From positions 46,728-110,727 of the forward strand of contig JBDLRP010000042.1 in assembly GCA_039799905.1 (NCBI GenBank): a stretch of DNA of 64,000 nt. The letters are read 5' to 3'. The translations under genes were made by a program, and so were the position numbers. Below are positions 47,346 to 56,603 of the stretch, in pieces (the stretch's first letter is position 1; every line of letters starts with the position of its first letter). This DNA is from Pseudomonadota bacterium. Its GTDB lineage: Bacteria; Bdellovibrionota_B; Oligoflexia; Silvanigrellales; Silvanigrellaceae. The notes beneath the pieces were generated by a model. It ran no database searches. It saw only the letters and a program-made list of their open reading frames with translations, and was not told the DNA's origin.

Positions 47346-47650
47346 AACCGGTGAGCGAGCGACTGCAATCACTTCGTCAGCGGGTTGATGAAACCGACGA
47401 GAAAATAGTTGAGCTCCTGCGCACAAGACTAGAACTTGTGCTGCAAATGGCCGACTGCAAAAATGCGGAGAAGCTTTCGCTGCGTGACACCCAACGTGAA
47501 CAGGAGGTGTTGCGCCGCGTGGAGCTTCTCAACCAACGGCACCAGCCGACACTTCCGTCGGACCGGCTTGCTGAAATTTTTAAGACCGTGATGGGGCTGA
47601 GCCTCAGGGCACAGGAAGAGAGGAGTCAGTCCTCGGAGCGCAACCAGTAA
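47342..47650 (+). CDS. Monofunctional chorismate mutase (AroQ, type II)
   Basis: L..LR..VD..D..IV.LL..R..L....A..K......RD..RE.EVL.R...IFK..M; GTGA overlap with the U32 stop. Confidence 0.85.
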   Translation: MKPVSERLQSLRQRVDETDEKIVELLRTRLELVLQMADCKNAEKLSLRDTQREQEVLRRVELLNQRHQPTLPSDRLAEIFKTVMGLSLRAQEERSQSSERNQ

Positions 47651-47955
47651 TCCGCTGAAGTTGCAAACACACGCGCAAGCTTTTCGGCCAATTCGCGAGT
47701 CACACGCTGCCCGCCGCGGGCAATGGCCTGCGCCTCGCCGGCGGGTATTCCGACAGTCATTGCCAGGTCACGGTAAGTCCAACCTCTGCTCTCAAGTTCT
47801 CTCTGCAGCTTTGTCTGAACTGCGCTCGTATTGGGCTGCATTGAGTTTTGCTGGCGTAACGAAGGCGGACGCTTGCCCTTCAATTCGCGCTTGGCGAGTT
47901 CAATCAGCAGCTCCTCACTCAGGAACAAATCTTTCAAATCTTGCTGATCGCTCAT
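47626..47955 (-). CDS. XRE-family HTH protein (HigA-like C-terminal domain)
   Basis: L...LE.RGWT..DLA...G.......I..G...VT.ELA.KLA.VF.TSADYWL; AAGGA/GGAG upstream. Confidence 0.75.
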   Translation of the reverse strand: MSDQQDLKDLFLSEELLIELAKRELKGKRPPSLRQQNSMQPNTSAVQTKLQRELESRGWTYRDLAMTVGIPAGEAQAIARGGQRVTRELAEKLARVFATSADYWLRSED

Positions 47956-47997
47956 CCTTCACTCCGCTCGAACAGGTCGTCTGCCTTTTCAGAATTC

Positions 47998-48025
47998 ACT
48001 TCGGGTTCTATCATTGAAAGATTGA
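47998..48025 (-). promoter_or_regulatory. Possible sigma28-type promoter of the XRE gene
   Basis: TCAAT-N15-CCCGAAGT, ~42 bp upstream of ATG 47955. Confidence 0.35.
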
Positions 48026-48052
48026 GAGCCCAAACAACGGAGACCCCACGCC

Positions 48053-48661
48053 TTGCAGGTAGCCCGCACCGACCGACAACTCGTCGTCCAAATTCTTTCA
48101 AAACTCCCGTGGTTTTCATTGGTTATTATACTCGGACAAATTTGCTTCTTCATGCTCGCTGCCTTTGCCGACGACCGGTCGACGCTTTTCTCGCTGCAAA
48201 CCGGAGATTCCTCTGGGGCGCTGGGCGGAGCCTTTGACCTGCGCGCTCCAATGCAAAATCTCGCCCTCAACGCAATAAGCAGCTTTTTTGTCCATGCGGA
48301 TGCGACGCATTTGTACACAAATCTTGTGTTTGCGTTGTTAGTCCTGATTCCGCTCGAATTACGCTTTGGTAAGCTTATGACAGGTCTTGCGCTCTTGTCG
48401 GGGCATCTTTCCGGACTTCTGGGCGCTGCATTTGCCTTTTATTTTCTCTCACAGCCTCCCTTGGTTGCCGGAATGAGCGGAGGACTGCTGGCGGCGGCCG
48501 TGCCAGTGCTCGCCACAAGAGGGAAGACGTTCGCGCTGATGTTTTTGGGTTTGCTCTGCATTGGTTGGATTGTTTTTTCTTGGCATTCATTTGCCAGCCA
48601 TGCCCTCCCAATTGCGGCAGGCTGGCTGTTGAACAACACAAAACTCAACGGCAAGAATTGA
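48053..48661 (+). CDS. Rhomboid-family intramembrane serine protease
   Basis: Multiple TM helices; S.F.H....HL..N, LE.RFG, AGMSGG (GxSG), S...H...AG. Confidence 0.8.
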   Translation: MQVARTDRQLVVQILSKLPWFSLVIILGQICFFMLAAFADDRSTLFSLQTGDSSGALGGAFDLRAPMQNLALNAISSFFVHADATHLYTNLVFALLVLIPLELRFGKLMTGLALLSGHLSGLLGAAFAFYFLSQPPLVAGMSGGLLAAAVPVLATRGKTFALMFLGLLCIGWIVFSWHSFASHALPIAAGWLLNNTKLNGKN

Positions 48662-50153
48662 CGGGTTGCGCCGGCGCATCCTCATTGGGCTCCGGCAATG
48701 GTGTTATGCTCGCTCCGCCGGAGGTCGGTTCACCATCGACGGTCGACAAAACCGCGACGGGATATCCCGAAAAAACATTCAAAACCGTGCCGCTGTCACC
48801 CTTTTCAAACGCAAACTTGTGAACCGCTGGATCGTAGTCAAAAATAAACCCACCACTGAATGAAGCCGAAGACAAATTGTTTCTTGAATTGTTCCCGTCG
48901 AGTTTTTGGACAACCACCTGCCCAAGCGAACGGTTGTCTTTGTCGGCGGAAACAATCTTGAAGTAATCAGGAAACACCATTCCGCGTTTTTCAGTTTCAC
49001 TCAGTGCTGAAAAGCTCTGTTCACCATCGCGAATCCATTTGTCGAAAAACGAACGCGCAAGCGCTCCGCTCTGACAGGCCGTAAATTCATTCGGAATGCT
49101 GTTGGCAGTCCGTCGGCATCCCAAATAGCGTTCACGCAGTATGCTCAGCGATGTTGTGGCATCAAGGCGAATGGATTTGAGCTGTTCATACTCGACGGGA
49201 CCAGTCGCAAAGTCAAAGAATTTTTCACGGACTTCCGAGCTCAACTGACACAAAGCCCTGGTGTCTGGTTCACTCGTCTCCGGATCTACCGTAACAACGT
49301 TTTCGGCGCAGTATTGGATATTTGAGAGAAAGGCGAGAGCACGCAAATTTCTTCTGCGCATTTCATCCAAGTTATGGGCGCGCCACAATGATTCCAAACC
49401 CGACTTGAGCAAATCGGGGGCTTCGGAAGCCGCCTTTCCCAAAACACGGTTCAAGTCAGTCACTGCCGAATTGTATTGCGCAACTCGCTTTGCGTCGCCT
49501 TCAACAATGAGAGAATCGATGATTCGAAAGTCCTGACGTGAGAAACAGGCTGTCTTATATCCGGCAGGAGTGTCCTTTTTAAAGACGTTCGTCCATTTTT
49601 CACAATTGCTCGATGCGTATTCGGGTAGCCACAAACCCAGTTGCGACGTTGAACCAACAAGCGGGATCAGGTGTCTTTGAATCAAATCGCCCGACAAAAG
49701 AATCTTTTGCAGACCGGGAATTTCAACAGCCAGGGGAATAAATCCGCCGTTGTGGAGTACCTGCAATCTGACAGAAAACAGCTTGTCCTCGCTGCGCGCG
49801 AACGTCGGAAGACAATGCCCAGCGGTCATAATCCGAACTCGCAAGCCGTCGCCGACTGCGGGCAGAAGACTCATCACGCAGCGCTTTTGTTGTCGCCCAT
49901 TCGCGTCTTCCCATTCTGTATCGAAATAACCGCGGAGCAGTTGCAGACCTTCGACGGAGTCAGAGGAGGCTACATTCAGAGACGCAGACTTGTAAGATTC
50001 TCGGGGCTGTTCGGAAAATCGGTGAAGCAGATTACTTTTACAATTGTCTTTGCCTGCATTCACCGGGGCGGAAGTAGATGACGAACAGCCCGCAGTGACA
50101 AGCACTGTCACCAGAGCAGAAGCCGCTATTTTGTGAATTAGGCAATTATTCAT
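48645..50153 (-). CDS. Trypsin-fold lipoprotein with large insertion (paralog A)
   Basis: Lipobox TAGC; RC....MTAGHC; KGDSGT; C-terminal LSTVDGEPTSGGASITPLPE; start re-assigned to ATG 50153. Confidence 0.7.
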   Translation of the reverse strand: MNNCLIHKIAASALVTVLVTAGCSSSTSAPVNAGKDNCKSNLLHRFSEQPRESYKSASLNVASSDSVEGLQLLRGYFDTEWEDANGRQQKRCVMSLLPAVGDGLRVRIMTAGHCLPTFARSEDKLFSVRLQVLHNGGFIPLAVEIPGLQKILLSGDLIQRHLIPLVGSTSQLGLWLPEYASSNCEKWTNVFKKDTPAGYKTACFSRQDFRIIDSLIVEGDAKRVAQYNSAVTDLNRVLGKAASEAPDLLKSGLESLWRAHNLDEMRRRNLRALAFLSNIQYCAENVVTVDPETSEPDTRALCQLSSEVREKFFDFATGPVEYEQLKSIRLDATTSLSILRERYLGCRRTANSIPNEFTACQSGALARSFFDKWIRDGEQSFSALSETEKRGMVFPDYFKIVSADKDNRSLGQVVVQKLDGNNSRNNLSSASFSGGFIFDYDPAVHKFAFEKGDSGTVLNVFSGYPVAVLSTVDGEPTSGGASITPLPEPNEDAPAQPVNSCR

Positions 50154-50173
50154 CCGCAGCCTGTTTTTTACGA

Positions 50174-50201
50174 GGTTCGGCAAACTAGGACTGCGACTGT
50201 A
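50174..50201 (-). promoter_or_regulatory. Possible sigma28-type promoter
   Basis: TACAG-N15-GCCGAACC, 20 bp upstream of ATG 50153. Confidence 0.4.
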
Positions 50202-50247
50202 GAAAAACCTTGGGACGAACGGGAAGAATTTCAAAATACCAATATTT

Positions 50248-51708
50248 TCAACGGAAAAACTGAACCTGTCCGACGATGTCCGTCACCGCAAATTGGAGGC
50301 CGGATACGGAAACCGGCGCATAAATAGTCTTCATATCTTTAAGCTGTGTGTTGAAAAGCACCGAACCGGTGCGACGGTCCAAAAAATACAAACCGTCACT
50401 CATAGATGCATAAACCAGTGCATCACGATCTTGGGAATAGACAGGTGATGCAAAATTCATTCCCTTTTTGAAGGCGACCTTGTGGCACCACTGCGTCTGC
50501 TGTGATGCCAAATCGATCGAGCAGACCGTTCCCTTGCTGTCGGTCGTGATCATCGAGTCTTCGATGACCAAGGGCAAGGTCGTCTGAGGGGACGCCAGAT
50601 TGAAAGACTTGCCTGGCATGCCGTTGTCCTGCCTAAAGCACTGCACGCCGCCCAAACCAGATTCAAAATAGACTTCACCGTAAACAAAACAAACGAATTC
50701 ACGCCATACAACGGGGTTCATCCAGCTCGACGCAGGCAGTTCCATTTTCCAGAGCTTCTCGCCACTCACAAAGTCGTAGGCGACGGCATAGGAACGATTT
50801 TTTTCAGTATCGCCCTTTTCTCTTCCGGTGCCAGCAAAGACACGGCCGTTGTGCACACGCACCGAGGCATCGATGTGACCGTCATTAGCCGTCCACTTCG
50901 CCTGCATGGTTTTTGGATCGATGGCGTGGACTCCATCTGAACCTGCCACCGCAAAAATTAATTTCTCACTGCCGTGGACGCCCACAACCGGCTGACCTTC
51001 GGTGTGTCCCTTGGTTTGATAAGCACCCTTGAATTGTCCGCTGCGCAGGTCGAATGCATAAATACGAGCCGAATGGGTGTCATGCACACCTTCGCCAACA
51101 TAAAGTACGCCTTCGTCGATCGTCAGTTCCGGAGTGATGGGTGTTCCAATGTAGAACTTTCTCAATGTCTCGCCGGACTGAACATCCAGTTCGTACACAT
51201 GCCCGTCCATAGAACCAACAAAAACGCTTTCTCCTGCAATCAGCGGCGAACGGAAGGCGCCTTTGGGCAACTTCTGTTGCCAATCAGGCTGCAGCTCGGA
51301 AACAGTACCTTTTACAGCCGAACTGGCTGACGGCGAATACTCGCCACGAACTGAATGATGATTTCCGTAATCGCGCTGCGAGGGCTTCGCCTCTGCGGCC
51401 TGACGCCGTTCAATGGTAAACAAAAAACGTGGATAATTTTTAACGTAGTTGTAGCCATGAATAGAGCCAAGCACCGCAAGATTGAGCGCAAGAGCTCCGA
51501 GCAGAACGCGCGGCTTGAGCAGCACTTCAAGCAACCGGCGCGGACCCTCGGTTTTGAGTTTGATTCCGAACAATCCCGCAATCAGCGACGCAAGCATCGA
51601 CAACGCGACAGTCACGGCAGTCAGTGGAATCATCACCGTGGGGATAATCAATTTCTGCACTTCGGGGAGAACTTCAGGATTCAAGAGAGAGACGTCCATT
51701 GTTTCCAT
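50248..51708 (-). CDS. Membrane-anchored PQQ-binding-like (BamB-type) beta-propeller protein
   Basis: Two N-terminal hydrophobic helices; repeated VFVGS.DG.VY.LD..SG / A.D..SG...W blades. Confidence 0.8.
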   Translation of the reverse strand: METMDVSLLNPEVLPEVQKLIIPTVMIPLTAVTVALSMLASLIAGLFGIKLKTEGPRRLLEVLLKPRVLLGALALNLAVLGSIHGYNYVKNYPRFLFTIERRQAAEAKPSQRDYGNHHSVRGEYSPSASSAVKGTVSELQPDWQQKLPKGAFRSPLIAGESVFVGSMDGHVYELDVQSGETLRKFYIGTPITPELTIDEGVLYVGEGVHDTHSARIYAFDLRSGQFKGAYQTKGHTEGQPVVGVHGSEKLIFAVAGSDGVHAIDPKTMQAKWTANDGHIDASVRVHNGRVFAGTGREKGDTEKNRSYAVAYDFVSGEKLWKMELPASSWMNPVVWREFVCFVYGEVYFESGLGGVQCFRQDNGMPGKSFNLASPQTTLPLVIEDSMITTDSKGTVCSIDLASQQTQWCHKVAFKKGMNFASPVYSQDRDALVYASMSDGLYFLDRRTGSVLFNTQLKDMKTIYAPVSVSGLQFAVTDIVGQVQFFR

Positions 51709-54073
51709 CCAACCAAATTTTGCTGCCGGCCTTGAGCACCCGATGGCACTGACGAATGCCGCTCACCGCGGGAATATTCATCTCGCGGGCGACAATAGCG
51801 CAATGCGACAAAACACCGCCTTTGTCTACGATAACTCCACGGGCATGTGCGAAAAGCGGGGTCCAGCCAGGGTCTGTGGCCTCGGCTACAAGTATGGCGT
51901 TTTCAGGCCAGCGGGAGGGCTCAGCATCACTGGGATTTTCAACAATAACCACCTCGCCGAAAACCACCCCCGGACTGAGTGGCTGACCGTCCAGCTGCTG
52001 CCTCGCGGAGTCGGCTCCGCCTGAAATAATCGACTCGATTTCGCTGATCGTGACAAACTCAGGAAAAGAAAACTGCTTGAATGCCTCGAAACGCACTTTG
52101 CGTTCCTCAATCTTTTGCCGCAGTGACTGCAACAGGTCAGGCTGCGACTTGAGCGAAACATCTTCGAGTTCGCTCAGCCGCAGCCAGTGGACGTCTTTGC
52201 CAAGCTGCAATCGGCGGCCCAGCTCTTCTGCCATGAAGCGGACCTGCGCATAGGGCTTGAGCAGTTCCATTTTCCAGCGTTCACGAAGTTCAAGCATCTG
52301 TTTCAAAAGTTTCCACTCATGCAGAAGGACATCGCGTTTGAATGAACTCAAGGCGGCAATCTCTTGCTCCACCTCCTGCGACTGACCCGCTGTGGATGCA
52401 GGTTTGGACGGAAGGTCGCGCACTGCGCGGGACGATTCGATGAACGCTGTCTCACCCATTTCCATCCACCGCGGGTTCGACAAATCGAGCTCGCCCGGTC
52501 CGCGATGACCAAACTGCGCAAGAAAAAACGGACGGCGCAGCGGATCCGCACATGCCTCGGAATAGAGGCGTGTCATTTCCGCAGTCACGGTTTGCAATCC
52601 GCGCCCCATCCACCGGCGCAGAGTTTTTTCAGATTCGTTTTTTCCAAGAATTGTTGTCAAAATGGACGTCATGGTCTGCATCGATGATTCAGTGAGAATG
52701 ATCAGCACAAGCGGCCAGTGCAACGTCGAACGATAAAAATTCTGCGACTCGTCCATCATCCTCTTGACGAGAATATCGCTGCTCCATTCGCGGTAGGTGT
52801 CGGCCGAGACTCCCGCGGATTGCGACTGTGAAGCACTTCTAAATTCATTCAGTTCCAGTCCGCAGCGTGTCAGCCACGCGGCGCGGCGTGTGCTCAGGTT
52901 CCAACCCACCCTGAGCATCATCAAAAACGCAAAAGGGGCGTTCAAGAGTGCTGCGAGTGTAATCTTCTTTAACGAAAAACGCAGGTGAGGACGCGGCTTG
53001 GCAACCATCGTGAAGGGAATCGGACCAAAGTAGAGAGTCGACAACTTTTCGAGGTTTACGTAGGCGCGTCCGAAAACGCGTTCAAGAAGCGAATCTTTGC
53101 GAGTTTCTGCCTGTGTGAGAGGCTGATTTGCAAAACTGCGGTAGCCGAGAGTTTGCAGCGCATTACCGAAAGCATTGCGCGGAGAAAAAGCCTTTCTCCA
53201 CAAACTGAAAGTCAGGTAACTGGGAAACCCGGTCCATTCTGCAAACGTTTGTCCGTCCCAGACAGGGTTGTCCGGATACATGGTCCGCAGCCGCTTGATT
53301 TCATCTTCCACAGTGCGCGCCTGAGTCGACAAACTCCGCAGTGCCGTTACCGGACGTGCTTGCAGAAGCTGTACTTCAAGATTCTGGTCCAATGCCCATT
53401 CCATATCGACTTCGTAGCCGAGTATCTCGCGCACCCGTGCGCCCAGTGCGAGCACCTTTTCAAAATTGAATGTATCGAGCCCCTGAACAGTGATACCGGC
53501 CCTGTTTTCTGCCGTGATGAACACTGGTGTCTTGCGGCCCGACACCAAGTCCTCACCCAAACCTTCAATCAATTCGATAATCCACGACGCGACCTTGCCG
53601 CGCGGATCTTTTGAAAAATAAACTCCAGAGAAACGCGGATTCACCATTGTCTGAATGACAACATTCATTTCACCATCGCGCGCGCGCTGCTGGGCAAAAA
53701 AATGTCTGTACGTCTGGCTGGATTCCCCATGAATAGACTCAAAACAGCGGCGCACACTCTCGCGCAGGGCGTTTTCGTCTTTGATGTTGAGAAACGACTG
53801 ATTCTGGCCCGCATAGCTCAACTCGTGGGAGTCTTCTCCCAGCGCAGAACTGCGCACTGCAACAACAGGCCGCCCTCGTTCGTGCCACCAACGGAGGACT
53901 GTTCCCCATTCCGATTCATCAGCAGGAAAGCTCGTGAGGATGCCACCCGCCGGAACGGGAAAACCCTGTGAAGCCAGCAAGCCCAGAACAGCACCTTTGC
54001 CGCCCAGCCGACCGTCGTGTGCGGAAACTCGTTCAAACGGAATAAACAATGCATCCTCCCTTGCTGACTGCAT
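51674..54073 (-). CDS. PEP-synthase/rifampicin-phosphotransferase-like dikinase (ATP-grasp, substrate domain, His swivel)
   Basis: GGKG..L..L...GFPVP.G, AVRSSA.GED....S.AGQ, EGLGE.LVSG, DMEWA, LLQARP.T; FGHRG.GELDL..PRW; TDPGWTPLF...G...D.GG.LSH.AIVARE..IPAV. Confidence 0.85.
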   Translation of the reverse strand: MQSAREDALFIPFERVSAHDGRLGGKGAVLGLLASQGFPVPAGGILTSFPADESEWGTVLRWWHERGRPVVAVRSSALGEDSHELSYAGQNQSFLNIKDENALRESVRRCFESIHGESSQTYRHFFAQQRARDGEMNVVIQTMVNPRFSGVYFSKDPRGKVASWIIELIEGLGEDLVSGRKTPVFITAENRAGITVQGLDTFNFEKVLALGARVREILGYEVDMEWALDQNLEVQLLQARPVTALRSLSTQARTVEDEIKRLRTMYPDNPVWDGQTFAEWTGFPSYLTFSLWRKAFSPRNAFGNALQTLGYRSFANQPLTQAETRKDSLLERVFGRAYVNLEKLSTLYFGPIPFTMVAKPRPHLRFSLKKITLAALLNAPFAFLMMLRVGWNLSTRRAAWLTRCGLELNEFRSASQSQSAGVSADTYREWSSDILVKRMMDESQNFYRSTLHWPLVLIILTESSMQTMTSILTTILGKNESEKTLRRWMGRGLQTVTAEMTRLYSEACADPLRRPFFLAQFGHRGPGELDLSNPRWMEMGETAFIESSRAVRDLPSKPASTAGQSQEVEQEIAALSSFKRDVLLHEWKLLKQMLELRERWKMELLKPYAQVRFMAEELGRRLQLGKDVHWLRLSELEDVSLKSQPDLLQSLRQKIEERKVRFEAFKQFSFPEFVTISEIESIISGGADSARQQLDGQPLSPGVVFGEVVIVENPSDAEPSRWPENAILVAEATDPGWTPLFAHARGVIVDKGGVLSHCAIVAREMNIPAVSGIRQCHRVLKAGSKIWLDGNNGRLSLES

Positions 54074-54121
54074 CCGCCGGCAGGAGCCTGCAATAAAAAC
54101 CCGGCGGACAATTCAACACAT

Positions 54122-55792
54122 TTAACTCATATACGACCACATGCGTCCGACAATCGCATGTGCGGCTTCAATTTCTTCGACAACAACATCCGTCGCGCCA
54201 GCTTTGATAAGTTTGTCGCGGTCCATGACATAATGAGTGCGAACCAATATGGGAAGATGAGGCGCCACGCTGCGCGCTGAATCCAAAATCCTGTAAACGG
54301 CCTGCGGATCATTGATCATAATCAGCATCAATTTGGCGGACTGCAGATGCGCGTGCTTGAGTGCCTCGGGGCTGGACGCATCACCGTAAAAAACCGGAGT
54401 GTGCTTCGTTTTTCCGTGACGCACATTTTTTGAATTCAGCTCAATGGCGATGAACGGAACCGAGCGTCCCTGCAGCTCTTCGGCGCAGCGTTGTCCGGCA
54501 ACACCGTATCCAACAAGAACCACGTGCTCATTCAAAGAAATATTGGCATGTGAGCGATCCAGCGAATCGACCCCGCGCACACCGAGCAAACGCTCAAGCG
54601 GCGCAAGAATGCGCTCGCCGGCTAAAAAATGCGGAGCAAGCTTGAGCAGCACCGGAGTCACACAGATGCTCATGACCCCAGCTGTGAGCACGGGCTGCAC
54701 TTCGGCTTGCGAAACGAGCTTGCTTTCAACGGCGACCTGCGTGAGCACGAAACCAAACTCTCCGAACTGTGCCAGCCCGACACCGGCAAGCCAAGCCACT
54801 CGCGCCGGAAAACGCATAAACATTGCAGAAAGAGTCGCAAGCAAACCTTTGAGCAAAAGAAAGCCCGCGAGCAAAAGTGCCACAACAAGCGGCTGCTCAA
54901 TGAGCAGACGATAATCAAAAAGCATGCCCAGTGAGACAAAGAACAAACTCAAGAATGCATCACGGAGCGGAAGCACATCGCCCATAGCACGATGGCCATA
55001 CTCGGTGTCAGCAACAATCATTCCCGAAAGGAAGGCACCCAAGGCAATCGACAATCCGGCCTGTTCGGAGAGCCACGCAGTTCCGAGACACAAACAAATC
55101 ACCGTCAGCAAAAATATCTCGCGGCTCTGGCTGGCATCAACCCAAGCAAAAATACGCGGAACGATAAAACGTGAGATCACAAATGTGGACGTGATCATCG
55201 CAGCGGCTTTCAGCAATGCAATCGAAATCGCAATTGTCCCGTCTGCAAATGTTTGCCCCCCGACCAGCAATGGCACGATCAAAACCATGGGCACGACGCA
55301 GATGTCTTGAAAGATGAGAGTCCCAATGATGAAGCGGCCATGCGGAGCATCGCTTTCGCCGCGGTCAGCCAAAACCCGCAGCACCACAGCCGTGCTCGAA
55401 AGGGCAAACAAAAAACCGTAAAAGACGCTTTGCCCCTGCGAAACTCCAAAGCTTCGGGCAATCAGATAAGCAACCAACAGGGTCAGAATGACCTGAGCCA
55501 GACCACCAAGCGCTGCCTGACGGAAAATATCGCGGATTTTCTGCAGTGAAAATTCAAGACCGATGGTGAAAAGAAGAAGAACGACTCCCACACCGGAAAG
55601 TTTCTCAATAAACTCCTGCGAACGGACCCACGCAAACCCCTGCGGCCCGAGCAGCGCTCCTGCAACAAGAAAACCAGCGATGGTGGGGACGCGCAACCGG
55701 TTCAACAGCAACGCAACTGTCGCAGACACTGTTGCCACAACAACAAGATCGCCCAAAAAGGGAAACGCTTCCACTGTTGCCTCCGGTTGCAC
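54122..55792 (-). CDS. CPA2 family cation:proton antiporter (KefB/KefC/YbaL-like) with TrkA-N domain
   Basis: GVVLLLFTIGLEFS, ALSSTAVV, LIFQD, LGAFL.G, FFVSLGM, LAQ.GEF.FVL; C-terminal GYG..G and FYGDA. Confidence 0.92.
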   Translation of the reverse strand: MQPEATVEAFPFLGDLVVVATVSATVALLLNRLRVPTIAGFLVAGALLGPQGFAWVRSQEFIEKLSGVGVVLLLFTIGLEFSLQKIRDIFRQAALGGLAQVILTLLVAYLIARSFGVSQGQSVFYGFLFALSSTAVVLRVLADRGESDAPHGRFIIGTLIFQDICVVPMVLIVPLLVGGQTFADGTIAISIALLKAAAMITSTFVISRFIVPRIFAWVDASQSREIFLLTVICLCLGTAWLSEQAGLSIALGAFLSGMIVADTEYGHRAMGDVLPLRDAFLSLFFVSLGMLFDYRLLIEQPLVVALLLAGFLLLKGLLATLSAMFMRFPARVAWLAGVGLAQFGEFGFVLTQVAVESKLVSQAEVQPVLTAGVMSICVTPVLLKLAPHFLAGERILAPLERLLGVRGVDSLDRSHANISLNEHVVLVGYGVAGQRCAEELQGRSVPFIAIELNSKNVRHGKTKHTPVFYGDASSPEALKHAHLQSAKLMLIMINDPQAVYRILDSARSVAPHLPILVRTHYVMDRDKLIKAGATDVVVEEIEAAHAIVGRMWSYMS

Positions 55793-55871
55793 CTACACAA
55801 GCGCATTTATAGTACCCCTGCAACCGTGCGAAGTCACGGGCAGACTTGGAATTTTCACTTCTTTAATGTGC

Positions 55872-56600
55872 TTATCTAAGGGCAGTAGAGGTGTCTGTCA
55901 TAAGCCAATCCACGGGTGTCTGCCCGCAGGCCGACAAAAACTCATTGGCTTTGGAAAAGTGTCCGCAGCCAAAGAATCCGCGGTGTGCCGAAAGCGGCGA
56001 CGGATGAGCAGCTTTCAAAACGCAGTGGCTGGTGTTTGTAATCAGAGCTTCCTTTTTGTGAGCAGGTGCTCCCCAGAGCATAAAAACGACAGGTTCACTG
56101 CGTCGGTTGAGCGCACTGACAACGGATTCCGTAAAATCCTCCCAGCCCTGTCCGCGGTGCGAAAATGCCTCGCCTGCACGCACAGTCAGAACCGTATTGA
56201 GGAGCAAAACTCCCTGTTCAGCCCACCCCTCAAGAGTGCTTCCGCGCGGAGCCTGCGTTCGCAGGTCCGAGGCAACTTCCTTAAAGATGTTCTTCAACGA
56301 TGGTGGTAACTTGATGCCCTGATGAACAGCAAATGCAAGCCCATTGGCCTGCGACTCACCGTGGTAGGGATCCTGCCCGAGAATAACAACCCTGACTTTT
56401 GAATAATCAACGAGACGGAGTGCACGGAAGGTATCCTCTCGGGGCGGATAAATGACTGCCGAGGAATTCCATTCTTGGGCGAGGAAATTTTTCAATTTTT
56501 GCAATTCGGGCGTGAGAAAAACCCCGCCAAGGACGTCTTGCCATCCTTGAGCGAGGCTTTTAGGGGAAATGATATCGTCCGCGTTCAATTTCAGCCGCAT
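55872..56600 (-). CDS. ung: Uracil-DNA glycosylase (family 1)
   Basis: VVILGQDPYHG..QA.GLAF, PPSL.NI, WA.QGVLLLN..LTV, SH...GW, FMLWG, HPSPLSA.RGF. Confidence 0.97.
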   Translation of the reverse strand: MRLKLNADDIISPKSLAQGWQDVLGGVFLTPELQKLKNFLAQEWNSSAVIYPPREDTFRALRLVDYSKVRVVILGQDPYHGESQANGLAFAVHQGIKLPPSLKNIFKEVASDLRTQAPRGSTLEGWAEQGVLLLNTVLTVRAGEAFSHRGQGWEDFTESVVSALNRRSEPVVFMLWGAPAHKKEALITNTSHCVLKAAHPSPLSAHRGFFGCGHFSKANEFLSACGQTPVDWLMTDTSTALR

Positions 56601-56603
56601 ATA

